From: Eubacterium sp.
GTDB lineage: Bacteria; Bacillota; Clostridia; Lachnospirales; Lachnospiraceae
NCBI GenBank assembly: GCA_034089785.1
Contig: JAXDTV010000061.1
Location: forward strand, 593-64,592
Direction: 5' to 3'
DNA: 64,000 bases
The first letter of the stretch is position 1. Each line of letters opens with the position of its first letter. Below the pieces are notes generated by a model. That model made no database searches and was not told the origin of the DNA. It saw only the letters and a list, made by a program, of their open reading frames with translations. Positions 1 through 13,889 of this stretch are shown here, piece after piece. A program made the position numbers and the translations under genes.

Positions 1-358
1 ACACTGCTGTGTTCTTTTTCATGGAATCAATAACTTCTTTACTTCTTTTTCCTTTGCCGATCATACCGGTCTGTCCCAGATCCATCAACTGTGGAGCATA
101 CTTGTCCATACGGCTGCTGGTCGTTGGTCCTGCAGAACCTATCACCTGTCCCTCTCTGTTTGGCGTAGGTCCAAGATAATATATGATCTGGTCTTTTACA
201 TCAAAAGGTAATTCTTTCCCCTGAGAAAGTTCCTCTGTCATTCTTTTATGTGCAGCATCTCTGGCTGTATAGACAGTACCTGTAATATATACATAGTCTC
301 CCGCCTGTAACTGGCTTACCTTTTCCTTTGTCAGAGGTGTTTCAATATATTTGTCCAT
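1..358 (-). CDS. Fe-S hydro-lyase (class I fumarate hydratase / tartrate dehydratase family) beta subunit, N-terminal part; gene runs off the left edge
   Basis: The reverse complement of 356-358 is ATG. My translation is MDKYIETPLTKEKVSQLQAGDYVYITGTVYTARDAAHKRM...GPTTSSRMDKYAPQLMDLGQTGMIGKGKRS, which is typical of the beta subunit. It starts 15 nt after the alpha-subunit stop. Not in the ORF track because it is truncated. Confidence 0.85.
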   Translation of the reverse strand, partial: MDKYIETPLTKEKVSQLQAGDYVYITGTVYTARDAAHKRMTEELSQGKELPFDVKDQIIYYLGPTPNREGQVIGSAGPTTSSRMDKYAPQLMDLGQTGMIGKGKRSKEVIDSMKKNTAV

Positions 359-373
359 ACGGCTACAGCTCCT

Positions 374-1216
374 CTATAATGTTCTCTTTATGTGACGGTT
401 TACATGGCAGCAAATGTTGACAGCAACCGGCAGCCCTGCTATATGGGTAGGATATGTCTCTATGTTCAGCCCGATGGCTGTGACTCTTCCTCCTAATCCA
501 CCAGGTCCGATTCCCAGATCATTTACTTTTTCCAGCATTTCCTGTTCCAGTTCCTGCACATATGGTATATCGGAATGTGAATTTAGATCTCTCGCCAGTG
601 CTTTTTTGGCCAGCAGGGCGCATTTTTCAAAGGTTCCTCCGATTCCCACGCCTATAACCATAGGTGGGCATGCGTTGGGACCTGCTGCTTCTACTGTATC
701 CAAAATAGCCTTCTTCACTCCTTCTATACCGTCGGCCGGTTTTAGCATATAGATTTTACTCATATTTTCACTGCCAAAACCTTTTGGTGCTACGGTAATT
801 TCCAGGTTTTCTCCGGGAACTATTTCATAATGAATGATTCCCGGCGTATTATCCTTTGTGTTTTCTCTTAAAATCGGATCACCTACTACGGACTTGCGCA
901 GATATCCTTCCTGATATCCCTGGCGGATGCCTTCATTTACGGCGTCTTCAATAAAACCACCTTCAATATGAACATCCTGGCCTATCTTTAAAAATACTAC
1001 GGTCATTCCGGTATCCTGGCAGATCGGTATCTTATTTTTCCAGGCAATGTCCATATTTTTCTCCAGCTGATCCAATATCTGAGTTCCGATCTGGCTCTCT
1101 TCTTTTTCTTTTCCTGCAAGCAACGCTTCTTTTACATCATCTGATAATTTCACATTGACCTGCATACACATCTCTTTTATGTTTTTGGTTATTTCACTGG
1201 TATTAATCGTTCTCAT
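374..1216 (-). CDS. Fe-S hydro-lyase (class I fumarate hydratase / tartrate dehydratase family) alpha subunit
   Basis: ORF 374..1261 contains [15 protein letters not shown] and [13 protein letters not shown] motifs. The family-typical N-terminus [10 protein letters not shown] corresponds to the ATG at 1216; 1228 is an alternative start. Either start overlaps the gyrA stop. Confidence 0.9.
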   Translation of the reverse strand: MRTINTSEITKNIKEMCMQVNVKLSDDVKEALLAGKEKEESQIGTQILDQLEKNMDIAWKNKIPICQDTGMTVVFLKIGQDVHIEGGFIEDAVNEGIRQGYQEGYLRKSVVGDPILRENTKDNTPGIIHYEIVPGENLEITVAPKGFGSENMSKIYMLKPADGIEGVKKAILDTVEAAGPNACPPMVIGVGIGGTFEKCALLAKKALARDLNSHSDIPYVQELEQEMLEKVNDLGIGPGGLGGRVTAIGLNIETYPTHIAGLPVAVNICCHVNRHIKRTL

Positions 1217-3713
1217 GGGTCTGCTCATCACTCTCTTCTTCTTTGTCCGGCTGTTCCTCACGAACTTTTGCTATGCTGGCAATCTTGATATTCTTTGTGC
1301 TGTCAAGGTTCATAAGTTTCACACCGGATGTAACACGGCCAAGTGTGGAAATATCGTCTACATTAATGCGGATAATGATTCCTTCGTTGGTTATCAACAT
1401 TACTTCTGTGCCATCCTCTACCGCTTTGGCACCGACAACATCACCTGTTTTTTCGGTGATCTTATAACATTTAACACCTTTTCCACCACGATGCTGTACA
1501 GAAAAATCTTCTACGGCCGTTCTTTTTCCCATACCAAATTCTGATACGAGTAAAATATTTGGTCCCTGGGTGTCCATCTGCATGCCTACTACTTCATCTT
1601 CAAATCCAAGATTCATACCACGCACACCAATAGAAGTACGGCCGGTCGGACGCACATCTGTCTCTTTAAATCTGATACACATACCATGTTTTGTTACCAG
1701 GATAATGTCTTTTTCGTTATTGGTAACCTTTACTTCGATCAGCTCATCATCTTCTCTGAGATTGATAGCCTGAAGTCCTGTTTTTCTTATATTCTCATAT
1801 TCACTGATATGCGTTTTCTTTACTATACCGCTCTTGGTAGCCATGAAAAGATATTCTTCGTCGTTATATTCTTTGAGAGAAATAACGGCAGATATTTTTT
1901 CCTCCGGCATCAGCTGCAAAAGGTTCACGATTGCCGTTCCTCTGGATGTTCTGCCTGATTCCGGAATCTCGTAAGCCTTCATACGGTAAACTCTTCCCTT
2001 GTTGGTAAAGAACATAAGGTAATGATGGGTTGTAGCCATAAAAAGATTCTCAATATAATCATCTTCTATGGTCTGCATTCCCTTGATTCCCTTTCCGCCA
2101 CGATGCTGTGCGCGGAAATTGTCACTGCTCATTCTCTTGATATATCCCTTGTGGGTCATAGCGATAACAGTGTCTTCCACCGGAATAAGGTCCTCCATCG
2201 AAATATCAAACTCATCAAATCCGATCTGTGTTCTTCTTTCATCACCGTATTTGTCACGGATGGCAATGATTTCTTCTTTAATCACGCCTAAAAGCAATTT
2301 GCGGTCAGCTAAAATTGCCTTATAGTCAGCGATCTTCTTCATCAACTCGGCATATTCATTTTCCAGTTTTTCCCGTTCCAAACCTGTCAGTGCACGAAGA
2401 CGCATGTCTACAATTGCCTGTGCCTGTACATCATCCAGTTCAAAACGTTCTATCAAACGCTCTTTGGCAATGGCCGTACTCTGGGATCCACGAATGATCT
2501 GGATTACCTCATCAATGTTATCCAAAGCAATCAGTAATCCTTTCAAAATATGGGCTCTTTCTTCTGCTTTGTTCAGATCATATCTGGTACGGCGGGTCAC
2601 AACCTCTTCCTGATGTTTCAGATAATACTCTAACATCTGTAAAAGGTTCATAACAACCGGCTCATTGTTAACCAGGGCCAGCATATTTACACCAAATGTG
2701 TCCTGCATCTGGGTATGCTTATAAAGCTGATTCAATATTACATTCGCATTCACATCTTTTCTCAGCTCAATAACCACTCTCATTCCTTCACGGCTGGACT
2801 CATCCCTTATCTCCGTAATTCCATCGATACGCTTGTCCTTGTGAAGTTCCGCAATCTTTTCGATCAGTCTTGCTTTATTTACCATGTAAGGAAGTTCTGT
2901 TACAACAATACGGTTTTTGCCGTTGTTCATAGGCTCGATATCCGTAACTGCCCTGACACGGATTTTACCATGTCCGGTACGGTATGCCTCCTCAATACCA
3001 CGGCGTCCCAAAATCGTTGCTCCTGTTGGAAAATCCGGTCCCTTGATGATCTCCATGATTTCTTCCAGGGTTGTATCTCTGTCTTCCTCAATCTGATTAT
3101 CAATGATCTTTACTACACCATTGATAGATTCTGTCAGATTATGCGGAGGAATATTGGTAGCCATACCTACAGCAATACCGGATGTACCATTTACAAGAAG
3201 ATTCGGAAAACGAGATGGCAGCACAACCGGCTCCTTCTCTGTTTCATCAAAGTTTGGCATAAAATCCACGGTATCTTTATTGATGTCAGACAACATCTCC
3301 ATGGAAATTTTAGACAGACGAGCCTCTGTATAACGCATGGCCGCTGCACCGTCTCCATCCACAGAACCAAAGTTACCGTGTCCGTCTACCAGCGGATAGC
3401 GGGTAGACCATTCCTGCGCCAGATTTACCAAGGCACCATAAATAGAACTGTCTCCATGTGGATGGTATTTACCCATGGTATCACCGACGATACGGGCACA
3501 TTTACGGTGTGGCTTGTCCGGTCCGTTGTTCAATTCGATCATAGCATATAAAATACGCCTCTGAACCGGTTTCATACCGTCTCTTACATCCGGCAGAGCA
3601 CGGGAGGCAATAACGGACATAGCATAATCTATATAAGATGTCTCCATTGTTTGTTTTAAGTCCACATCTTTTATGGCATCAAAACCATCTTTATCAAAGA
3701 TATTTTCATCCAT
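1203..3713 (-). CDS. gyrA: DNA gyrase subunit A
   Basis: 836-aa ORF with the [26 protein letters not shown] and GKYHPHGD motifs. It has C-terminal beta-pinwheel repeats and an acidic tail. Confidence 0.98.
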   Translation of the reverse strand: MDENIFDKDGFDAIKDVDLKQTMETSYIDYAMSVIASRALPDVRDGMKPVQRRILYAMIELNNGPDKPHRKCARIVGDTMGKYHPHGDSSIYGALVNLAQEWSTRYPLVDGHGNFGSVDGDGAAAMRYTEARLSKISMEMLSDINKDTVDFMPNFDETEKEPVVLPSRFPNLLVNGTSGIAVGMATNIPPHNLTESINGVVKIIDNQIEEDRDTTLEEIMEIIKGPDFPTGATILGRRGIEEAYRTGHGKIRVRAVTDIEPMNNGKNRIVVTELPYMVNKARLIEKIAELHKDKRIDGITEIRDESSREGMRVVIELRKDVNANVILNQLYKHTQMQDTFGVNMLALVNNEPVVMNLLQMLEYYLKHQEEVVTRRTRYDLNKAEERAHILKGLLIALDNIDEVIQIIRGSQSTAIAKERLIERFELDDVQAQAIVDMRLRALTGLEREKLENEYAELMKKIADYKAILADRKLLLGVIKEEIIAIRDKYGDERRTQIGFDEFDISMEDLIPVEDTVIAMTHKGYIKRMSSDNFRAQHRGGKGIKGMQTIEDDYIENLFMATTHHYLMFFTNKGRVYRMKAYEIPESGRTSRGTAIVNLLQLMPEEKISAVISLKEYNDEEYLFMATKSGIVKKTHISEYENIRKTGLQAINLREDDELIEVKVTNNEKDIILVTKHGMCIRFKETDVRPTGRTSIGVRGMNLGFEDEVVGMQMDTQGPNILLVSEFGMGKRTAVEDFSVQHRGGKGVKCYKITEKTGDVVGAKAVEDGTEVMLITNEGIIIRINVDDISTLGRVTSGVKLMNLDSTKNIKIASIAKVREEQPDKEEESDEQTHEND

Positions 3714-3726
3714 TCTTTACTCCTCC

Positions 3727-6723
<2,997 letters not shown>

Positions 6724-6727
<4 letters not shown>

Positions 6728-6936
6728 AAACTTGCAACCTTTACTTTCGTTCCTTCAAATTCAAACTCGTCTCCAGGGTGTAATTTTCTGCCTCTTCTCT
6801 CGTCAACTTCACCGTTTACGAGAACCAGGCCATCCTGGATCACCATTTTCGCCTCAACTCCGGAACCAACTAATCCAGCCAGCTTCATTGCCTGACCCAG
6901 TCGGATATACTCATCCTTTATCTTTATCTCTTCCAT
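6724..6936 (-). CDS. yaaA: S4-domain RNA-binding protein YaaA
   Basis: 70-aa ORF with an S4-like motif (IRLGQAMKLAGLVGSGVEAKMVI...VNGEVDERRGRKL). It lies between dnaN and recF as in Bacillus and Clostridia, with an ATGA overlap with recF. Confidence 0.85.
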
Positions 6937-6951
6937 GGTGTTCCTCCTGTT

Positions 6952-8052
6952 TTAATTCATATTGACAGGTAAAATCAGATAAATATAAGACTCTTCGTTG
7001 TTTTTTATAAAACAAGGTGCATTTGCATTAAACAAATACAAATAAACATCCTCGTCCTCAATTACCTTCAAAACATCAATAATATATTTTGGATTGAATG
7101 CAATGGTCAGATCTTTTCCCTCTTTTTCAATTAGGACTTCTTCATCCATCGAACCAATCTTTGTATTCATTTCCATCTTCATTTCGCCATCATGAATATT
7201 CAGAATAACCGGTTTTTTCTCCGCTTCTCTAAGAAGAAGAGTAGCACGGTCAATACATCCGTAAAAATCTTTTTTATTGATTTTTACTTTTGTCTCGTAA
7301 TTATTTTTCAGCATCTGGTCAATATTGTAAAAATTACCTTCGATCAAACGGGAAATAACTAATGTATCGTTAAACTCAAACAGTACATGGTTTTTGGAAA
7401 ATGAAATCGTGATCATATCTTCGGTTCCACCGTTTAAGATTTTGCTGATTTCATTTAATGTTTTACCAGGTATTACTACTTTGATGTGATCGTAACTTTC
7501 TTTCAGATGAACTTTACGGATTGAAACTCGTACCAGATCCAGAGAAGCAATCTTAAATTCATCCCCATTGATTTCAAACAGCTCACCGGTCAGGATCTTG
7601 TTGCTTTCGTTATCTGATATAGAAAAAATAGTCTGCTGGATCATCTCTTTCAGAGTAAACTGGGAGATCTCTATTTTGCTGTCTACTTCAATGTCAGGGA
7701 GCTTTGGAAATTCATCATTATCCATACCCGGAATACTGAACTTGCTGCGTCCGCAGAACAACAAAATATTATTCTGTTCATCTACTTCAAAATTAATATC
7801 TTCTTCCGGCAGACGGCGTACATATTCAGAAATCATTTTGGCATTCATTAAGATGACGCCAGGTTCCTGTACCTGGGCAGGTACCTTTGTCTCAATACCA
7901 AGCTGCATATCGTTTGTGGTCATTTTAATAAAATCATCTTTTGCTTCAATTACTACATAACCAAGGATAGGCATCGTTGTTTTTCCAGGAACAGCTTTCA
8001 GGGCAATATTGATACCATTGTTAAAGTCAGACTTCGTGCAGGTAAATTTCAT
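6952..8052 (-). CDS. dnaN: DNA polymerase III beta sliding clamp
   Basis: 366-aa ORF starting MKFTC...FNNGINIALKAV. It has the three-domain clamp length and lies immediately downstream of dnaA. Confidence 0.97.
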   Translation of the reverse strand: MKFTCTKSDFNNGINIALKAVPGKTTMPILGYVVIEAKDDFIKMTTNDMQLGIETKVPAQVQEPGVILMNAKMISEYVRRLPEEDINFEVDEQNNILLFCGRSKFSIPGMDNDEFPKLPDIEVDSKIEISQFTLKEMIQQTIFSISDNESNKILTGELFEINGDEFKIASLDLVRVSIRKVHLKESYDHIKVVIPGKTLNEISKILNGGTEDMITISFSKNHVLFEFNDTLVISRLIEGNFYNIDQMLKNNYETKVKINKKDFYGCIDRATLLLREAEKKPVILNIHDGEMKMEMNTKIGSMDEEVLIEKEGKDLTIAFNPKYIIDVLKVIEDEDVYLYLFNANAPCFIKNNEESYIYLILPVNMN

Positions 8053-8304
8053 AATGTGAATAACTCCTTTCAGTTCTATAAAAAAATAAATAATATTAAA
8101 AATTCAGAAGATATAGTATTAGGGGCGGTGGATTTGTTAGTAAGTCTTAGAGCCCCTGTAAAATCAGGCGTTAAAGCTGATTTCAAAAAGATAGGAAATT
8201 GTGGGTTAAGGTAAAGTGATATGGATAAAATAAATTAAAAAAAATCAATATCCATATAAAAACACAGGATGTCCACCGGTTAAACTAACCTTATCCACAA
8301 GATA
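8053..8304. promoter_or_regulatory. oriC segment in the dnaA-dnaN intergenic region (DnaA-box cluster plus AT-rich stretch)
   Basis: Perfect TTATCCACA at 8291-8299. One-mismatch boxes are TGTGAATAA at 8055-8063 and TATGGATAA at 8220-8228. Weaker two-mismatch sites are at 8200-8208 and 8248-8256. An AT-rich run lies at about 8081-8110. Two further one-mismatch boxes sit just inside the dnaA 3' end (8357-8365 and 8391-8399). Confidence 0.75.
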
Positions 8305-9669
8305 TTAAGGATTAATCTTCTTTTTTAGTATACTAAGGTTTTCTTGTAACTCTTTGTTATCCACTTTTAAGGTGTTAATTTTGTTGATAGCGTGGATAAC
8401 TGTCGTATGATTCCCTCTTTTCAGCTTTTCAGCGATTTCCTGTTGTGTAAGATTTGTTAATTCATCGCACAAATACATACATATCTGTCGAGGGTAAGCT
8501 AGATTTTTAGTTTTCTTGCTGGAGAGCAAAGCTTCTTTATCAATGTTAAAATGCTCTGCTACAATCTCGATAATGTACTCCGCTGTGATAACAGGTTTCT
8601 TGTCCGGAGAGATAAAATCCTTCAAAGCATTCTCTGCCTGCATTAAAGTAATAGGTTCATTCTTGAATTTGGAGTAAAGAATGATCTTATTATAAGCTCC
8701 CTCAAGATCTCGAATATTGGAACGGATATTCGTGGCAATGTATTCCAGAATCTCATTATCCAGTTTCAATTCAGATTCTTCCTGTTTGTTTTTCAAAATA
8801 GCCATGCTGGTTTCATAATCCGGCGGCTGGATATCGATGGTCATACCGGAATTAAACCGGGAACGATAACGCATATCCAACTGTTCCATCTGACTAGGTG
8901 GACGGTCACTGGATATAACAAGCTGTTTACCGGCCTGATATAAGGCTTCAAAGGTATTGAAAAACTCCAGCTGTGTGGCTTCTTTACCTATGATAAACTG
9001 AATATCATCTACCAGAAGCACATCTACATTTCGATATTTATTACGAAGATTGACGGTAGCAACGGTATCACCTTTCTGGTTATTGGCACGGATTGCTTCT
9101 ACCACATTAATAAGAAAATCCTCGCTGGTTGTATAAGTAACAGTCAGATTTGGGTGGTTTTCCAATATATAGCGGGCAATAGAATGCATCAAATGCGTTT
9201 TACCCATTCCGGGACCGGAATACAAAAACAAAGGATTGTAAATCTCTCCGGTTGGGTTTTCTGCTACGGCTACGGAAGCAGCGTAAGCGATATTGTTACT
9301 TCCACTTACTACGAAGGTATCAAATGAATGACCATTTTTTAGAAAAGGATACTTTTCCTCGATGGACACATTATTATAGGAAGAAACTCCTTTCGCAGGA
9401 TGATCCTGGATATAATCAAAAGCTACTGTAACCGCATTGCCCGTGATCACTTCGATGGATACTTCGAAGGGTACTTTGTACTTTTTTTTCAGAATACTCT
9501 GTGTATCTCCCTGTTTTTCTTTATCAATTCCAATGAGAAGAACACCTTTGTCATAAGAGATAATACTCAGTGGCAAGATCCAGGTGCGAAACAGGACATC
9601 GTTGATGTCAAATTCACTCTTCATATAATTGATAATTTTGTCCCAATTGTCTTTTATTTGGTTTATCAT
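8305..9669 (-). CDS. dnaA: Chromosomal replication initiator DnaA
   Basis: 454-aa ORF with the AAA+ Walker A GPGMGKTHL, the box VII region, and the C-terminal DnaA-box binding signature (R...QICMYLCDELT...IAEKL...NHTTVIHA). Confidence 0.98.
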   Translation of the reverse strand: MINQIKDNWDKIINYMKSEFDINDVLFRTWILPLSIISYDKGVLLIGIDKEKQGDTQSILKKKYKVPFEVSIEVITGNAVTVAFDYIQDHPAKGVSSYNNVSIEEKYPFLKNGHSFDTFVVSGSNNIAYAASVAVAENPTGEIYNPLFLYSGPGMGKTHLMHSIARYILENHPNLTVTYTTSEDFLINVVEAIRANNQKGDTVATVNLRNKYRNVDVLLVDDIQFIIGKEATQLEFFNTFEALYQAGKQLVISSDRPPSQMEQLDMRYRSRFNSGMTIDIQPPDYETSMAILKNKQEESELKLDNEILEYIATNIRSNIRDLEGAYNKIILYSKFKNEPITLMQAENALKDFISPDKKPVITAEYIIEIVAEHFNIDKEALLSSKKTKNLAYPRQICMYLCDELTNLTQQEIAEKLKRGNHTTVIHAINKINTLKVDNKELQENLSILKKKINP

Positions 9670-9806
9670 TCAAATTTCCTACCTTACTCTGTAAAAATTA
9701 AAATATGGCTAAAAACATACAGTATTATTCTACTACAAAATAGACTATAAATCAAATTTAATTACTATATTTTCTTATATAAATGTGGATAACTTAAAAG
9801 ATATGC
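9670..9806. promoter_or_regulatory. dnaA-upstream oriC / dnaA promoter segment
   Basis: Strongly AT-rich divergent intergenic region. It carries a perfect DnaA box, TGTGGATAA, at 9784-9792. Confidence 0.65.
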
Positions 9807-9835
9807 TTGACTATTAGAATAAATGATAATATAAT
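9807..9835 (+). promoter_or_regulatory. sigma-A type promoter of the rpmH-rnpA operon
   Basis: TTGACT (9807-9812), a 17-nt spacer, then TATAAT (9830-9835). It lies about 45 nt upstream of the rpmH ATG. Confidence 0.6.
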
Positions 9836-9882
9836 TAGGCTTGATACGGATTTTGATATTATTGTGAAGGAGGTGTATCGGG

Positions 9883-10017
9883 ATGAAAATGACATATCAG
9901 CCAAAAAAGAGACAGAGATCTAAAGTTCATGGCTTTCGTAAAAGAATGAGTACTGCAAATGGTAGAAAAGTACTCGCTAGAAGAAGAGCAAAGGGAAGAA
10001 AGAAATTATCTGCATAA
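9883..10017 (+). CDS. rpmH: 50S ribosomal protein L34
   Basis: Absent from the ORF track because it is under 60 aa. An AGGAGGT SD precedes the ATG at 9883. Translation: [44 protein letters not shown] (44 aa). Confidence 0.95.
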   Translation: MKMTYQPKKRQRSKVHGFRKRMSTANGRKVLARRRAKGRKKLSA

Positions 10018-10106
10018 TCAGATGAATGGACAAGGTCAGAGTGACTCGGTCGGTGTTTTCTGGCAAGTCTTGTTCTGGCCTTTCTTCTTATAATGAAAGT
10101 AAAAGT

Positions 10107-10448
10107 ATGAAAAGACAGGTATTTGAGAAGCTGAGGCGAAATCCCGCATTTCAAAGGGTCTACAAAAACGGTAGATCCAGAGCTAATAAGTATTTGGTAA
10201 TGTATGTGAAAACAGGGGAGAGTGGTCCCAATCGTTACGGATTTTCTGTCAGTAAGAAAGTCGGTAACAGTGTTGTGCGTCATCACATTACCAGATTGTT
10301 GAGAGAATCCGTTCGTAAGAATGACGCATTGACAAAAGAGGGCAACCATATTGTGATTGTTGCCCGGAAGAGTATTAAAAATTGCAGTTATGAAATCGTA
10401 GACGGCGCAGTAATTCATTTATTAAAATTACATGGATTAGTGAAGTGA
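10107..10448 (+). CDS. rnpA: Ribonuclease P protein component
   Basis: Follows rpmH. Family-typical N-terminus [22 protein letters not shown], plus the RNR-like motif [23 protein letters not shown]. The 10026 start in the track adds an unsupported 27-aa extension. Confidence 0.9.
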   Translation: MKRQVFEKLRRNPAFQRVYKNGRSRANKYLVMYVKTGESGPNRYGFSVSKKVGNSVVRHHITRLLRESVRKNDALTKEGNHIVIVARKSIKNCSYEIVDGAVIHLLKLHGLVK

Positions 10449-10449
10449 T

Positions 10450-10671
10450 GTGATTATTTTGAAGAGAATTTTATTAGGGTTGTTACGCATATATCAAAAA
10501 TATATATCGCCAATGAAAAGAACACCTACATGTATTTATACTCCTTGTTGTTCTGAATATGCTGTTCAGGCAATTCGCAAGTATGGTGCAGGTAAAGGTG
10601 GTTTTTTGGCTGTAAAGAGAATTTTAAGATGCCATCCTTTTCACAAAGGCGGTTATGACCCTGTGCCGTAA
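10450..10671 (+). CDS. yidD: Membrane protein insertion efficiency factor YidD
   Basis: GTG start 1 nt after the rnpA stop. Carries the conserved YQKYISP...C.Y.P.CSEYA...G..KG..L...RI.RCHPF signature. Confidence 0.9.
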   Translation: MIILKRILLGLLRIYQKYISPMKRTPTCIYTPCCSEYAVQAIRKYGAGKGGFLAVKRILRCHPFHKGGYDPVP

Positions 10672-10691
10672 AGAGCAGGAGGATATTAATA

Positions 10692-11675
10692 TTGTTTAAT
10701 TGGTTATATACAATATTTGGTTTTATTCTGACTTACATTGATAAAGGTGTTTATCTTGTTTTTGGAATCCATAATACCGGTATTTGTATCATTTTATTTA
10801 CCCTTGTTGTTTATTTACTGATGTATCCGCTGAATGCAAAGCAGCAAAAATCTACCAGACTGATGAATAAGATTCAGCCTGAGATGAAGGAAATACAGAA
10901 AAAATACAAAGGCAAAAAAGATCAGGCGTCTCAGTTAAAGATGAATGAAGAGACACAGGCTCTTTATGCAAAGTATGGAATCAGTCCTTTCGGCGGATGT
11001 CTGCCAATGCTTGTAACACTTCCTATCATGTTGTGTCTGTATCGAGTAATCTACAGCATGAAAGAGTATGTGCCGGTATTGGGTACAGCAGAAGCATCCC
11101 GTTTTTTGTGGATGGATGTTTCCAAGACACCACTTGCTTTTTACCAGGAAGGTCATAAATTTGGTATTCTTGTATTTTTAGTGCCGATTTTGGCTATGGT
11201 TCTTCAGTTTATCAATACAAAAGTAATTCAGAGCGGAACCAATAATAACCAGGATGACAATCCTATGGGACAGTCCATGAAGATGATGAACTATTTCATG
11301 CCTATTATGTCCGGATTTTTCTGTCTTAGTTTGAACATCGGTATCGGTCTGTACTGGATCGTTGGTAGTTTGTTCCGTATTTTCCAGGCAATCTTTATTA
11401 ACCGCAAGATTGACAAGATTGATATGGATACGCTGGTAGAACAGAATAAAGAAAAAGCAGCTAAGAAGTCAGAAAAATTAAAAGAGCGCAACAAACAGAT
11501 GGAAGAGTATGCCCGTACAAGAACTTCATCTATTAAGTCAGCAAGTTCTTATAATAATCAGGATTCTTCCAAAGGTTCTGATCATAATAGTGCCCGCACT
11601 ACTTCAAATAAGAAGTATAAAGAAGGCAGTATTGCAAGTATTGCGCATATGTCTACAGATAAGAAGAAAGATTGA
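10692..11675 (+). CDS. yidC: Membrane insertase YidC/SpoIIIJ family
   Basis: TTG start 8 nt after a GGAGGA SD. Multi-TM protein with KMNEETQALYAKYGISPFGGCLPMLVTLPI, typical of the 60-kDa inner-membrane insertase core, plus a basic C-terminal tail. Confidence 0.92.
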   Translation: MFNWLYTIFGFILTYIDKGVYLVFGIHNTGICIILFTLVVYLLMYPLNAKQQKSTRLMNKIQPEMKEIQKKYKGKKDQASQLKMNEETQALYAKYGISPFGGCLPMLVTLPIMLCLYRVIYSMKEYVPVLGTAEASRFLWMDVSKTPLAFYQEGHKFGILVFLVPILAMVLQFINTKVIQSGTNNNQDDNPMGQSMKMMNYFMPIMSGFFCLSLNIGIGLYWIVGSLFRIFQAIFINRKIDKIDMDTLVEQNKEKAAKKSEKLKERNKQMEEYARTRTSSIKSASSYNNQDSSKGSDHNSARTTSNKKYKEGSIASIAHMSTDKKKD

Positions 11676-11697
11676 TTTTGTATTGGAGGAATGAAAA

Positions 11698-12426
11698 ATG
11701 GAAGATTGGAAAGAGTTTTCTGCAAAGACAGCAGATGAAGCTTTAACAAACGCTTTAATCCAATTAGAAACATCCAGCGATCAGATTGAATATGAAGTAA
11801 TCGAAGAAGAAAAAAGCGGTGTATTTGGTTTGTTTAGTAAGCCGGCTCGTATTCGCGTTCGTAAGAAAGAACAGGTCGTAGATCGTGTATATGATTTTTT
11901 GAACAGAACATTTGATGCTATGCATATTGAGGTTTCTATTTCTCATGAAATGGACGAGATTGAAAGTACTTTAAGCATTGAGTTAAAGGGAAATGACATG
12001 GGAATGCTCATCGGTAAACGAGGACAAACATTGGATTCCCTTCAGTATCTGACATCTCTGGTAGCTAACAAGAACTCTGACAAGTATGTAAAAATCAAGA
12101 TTGATACAGAAAATTATCGTCAGAGAAGAAAAGAAACCATTGAAAATCTTGCTAAGAATATGGCCAATAAAGTAAAGAAAACAGGTCGTCCTGCTTTTCT
12201 TGAGCCAATGAACCCTTATGAGAGACGCATCATTCATGCGGCACTGCAGCCGGATAAATATGTAGATACTCATAGTGAAGGAGATGAGCCACATCGTAAA
12301 GTGGTTATCACGCTGAACAGAGAATTTGCTTCGGAACTGCCTCGAAGAAATAATTATAAGAAGAGAAATAATTATTCAAGAGACCGCAGAAAACCATATG
12401 CAAATAGAGAGCAGAAGAGAGATTAG
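11698..12426 (+). CDS. jag: Jag/KhpB RNA-binding protein (Jag_N-KH-R3H)
   Basis: Has a KH-like GKRGQTLDSLQYL motif and the R3H motif YERRIIHAAL. It occupies the conserved position after yidC. Confidence 0.9.
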   Translation: MEDWKEFSAKTADEALTNALIQLETSSDQIEYEVIEEEKSGVFGLFSKPARIRVRKKEQVVDRVYDFLNRTFDAMHIEVSISHEMDEIESTLSIELKGNDMGMLIGKRGQTLDSLQYLTSLVANKNSDKYVKIKIDTENYRQRRKETIENLAKNMANKVKKTGRPAFLEPMNPYERRIIHAALQPDKYVDTHSEGDEPHRKVVITLNREFASELPRRNNYKKRNNYSRDRRKPYANREQKRD

Positions 12427-12430
12427 TGTG

Positions 12431-12467
12431 AAAGGCTGAATCTTAATTGGATTCGGCCTTTTTTTTC
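12431..12467 (+). terminator. Hairpin plus T-run between jag and mnmE (possible partial terminator)
   Basis: AGGCTGAATC-ttaattg-GATTCGGCCT followed by TTTTTTTT. Confidence 0.5.
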
Positions 12468-12483
12468 TGAAATCGGAGGTAAT

Positions 12484-13866
12484 ATGTTTTACGAAGATAC
12501 CATTGCTGCCATAGCCACTTCGTCCAAAGATGGCAGTATCAGTATTATCCGGATCAGTGGTCCGGAAGCAGTGAATATAGTAAGTAATTCTTTTGTTGGA
12601 AAAAGCGGAAAGAAGATTGACCTGACACAAAAGCAGAGCCATACCATTCATTTTGGATATATAAAAGATTCGGATGGAGAAGTGATCGATGAAGTAATTG
12701 TACTTTTGATGAAGACACCAAAAAGTTATACGATGGAGGATGTGGTGGAGGTACAGTGCCACGGAGGATCCTTTGTATGTCAGGTTTTGCTGGAACATTT
12801 TGTGAAAGAGGGAGTCCGTATTGCAGAGCCGGGAGAATTTACAAAAAGGGCATTTTTGAATGGAAGAATCGATCTGTCTCAGGCGGAATCTGTTATGGAT
12901 GTAATTCAGTCGGATAGTGAACTGGCACTGCACAATTCATTAAACCAGCTTCGGGGTGATATTAAAGTTGAAGTTGAAAAAATGAGAAAAGTGCTTTTGA
13001 CAGACATTGCTTTTGTTGAGGCGGCGCTGGATGATCCGGAACATTTATCTCTGGATGGATATGTGGATACGATACTGGATCATGCCAGACAATTACTGGA
13101 TCAGGTAGAGCATTTGCTGAAGAACAGTGAAAATGGAAAAATAATAAAAGAGGGAATCCAGACTGCGATTGTAGGAAAACCCAATGTAGGAAAGTCTTCT
13201 TTTTTGAATTGTATATTGAGAGAGGAGCGGGCTATCGTAACAGATATTGCCGGCACCACCAGAGATACATTGGAAGAAGAAGTCCGGATCGGCACCACCA
13301 GACTTCATTTGATCGATACGGCAGGAATTAGAAACACCGATAATCAGATCGAAAAAATAGGAATTGAAAAAGCAAAGAAATCCATAGAACAATGTGATTT
13401 TGTTATTTGTATCTTGGATGCCAGCCGTGAATTTGAGAGAGAAGATTATGAGGTGCTGGAACAGGCAAAGGATAAGCCCGGTGTTATATTGCTTAACAAA
13501 TGGGATCTGAAAAGTCAGTATAAAGAAGAGATTCCTTTTTCAGAACACAAGAAGGTCATGCCTTTTTCTGCCTTGCAGGGTCATGGATTAAAGGAACTGG
13601 AAGAGTACCTGAATGATCTTTTTATTAAAGACAGTATTGATTACAATGATAATATTTATATAACAAATATGCGGCATAAGCAGTCTTTGTATGATTGTAA
13701 AAACAGTCTTATGCAGCTGCTGGAGACGATTGAGGCCGGAATGCCGGAGGATCTTTTTACCATTGATATGCAAAATGCATATGAACAGCTTGGTTCGATC
13801 ATAGGTGAAACGATAGAAGATGATATTGTAGATAAGATCTTTAAAGATTTTTGTATGGGAAAATAA
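12484..13866 (+). CDS. mnmE: tRNA modification GTPase MnmE
   Basis: N-terminus DTIAAIAT, G-domain [17 protein letters not shown], and the C-terminal FCMGK motif. Confidence 0.97.
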   Translation: MFYEDTIAAIATSSKDGSISIIRISGPEAVNIVSNSFVGKSGKKIDLTQKQSHTIHFGYIKDSDGEVIDEVIVLLMKTPKSYTMEDVVEVQCHGGSFVCQVLLEHFVKEGVRIAEPGEFTKRAFLNGRIDLSQAESVMDVIQSDSELALHNSLNQLRGDIKVEVEKMRKVLLTDIAFVEAALDDPEHLSLDGYVDTILDHARQLLDQVEHLLKNSENGKIIKEGIQTAIVGKPNVGKSSFLNCILREERAIVTDIAGTTRDTLEEEVRIGTTRLHLIDTAGIRNTDNQIEKIGIEKAKKSIEQCDFVICILDASREFEREDYEVLEQAKDKPGVILLNKWDLKSQYKEEIPFSEHKKVMPFSALQGHGLKELEEYLNDLFIKDSIDYNDNIYITNMRHKQSLYDCKNSLMQLLETIEAGMPEDLFTIDMQNAYEQLGSIIGETIEDDIVDKIFKDFCMGK

Positions 13867-13889
13867 ATTGTTTGGAGGAACGCAAGATT

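Noticed and set aside
2715-3551. 278-aa plus-strand ORF inside gyrA. Similar long antisense ORFs occur at 54377-55294, 58755-59933, 41710-42435, 49436-50407, 60836-61483 and 57108-57680.
   Set aside because: Each lies entirely antisense to a gene with unmistakable family motifs. They have low-complexity or Cys/His/Arg-rich composition, no SD and no recognisable domains. They are shadow ORFs.
10026-10106. N-terminal extensions implied by the first in-frame start of several track ORFs: rnpA 10026, mnmG 13851, parA 16608, DUF4446 18277, dac 21090, lipoprotein 27209, permease 28113, PHP 41659, panG-like 43525, MATE 56190 and ASST 60443.
   Set aside because: In each case a downstream start has a proper SD and reproduces the family-typical N-terminus. 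The extension overlaps the preceding gene or lacks an SD.
9927-10418. 163-aa minus-strand ORF opposite rpmH/rnpA.
   Set aside because: It is antisense to two highly conserved genes and has no independent support.
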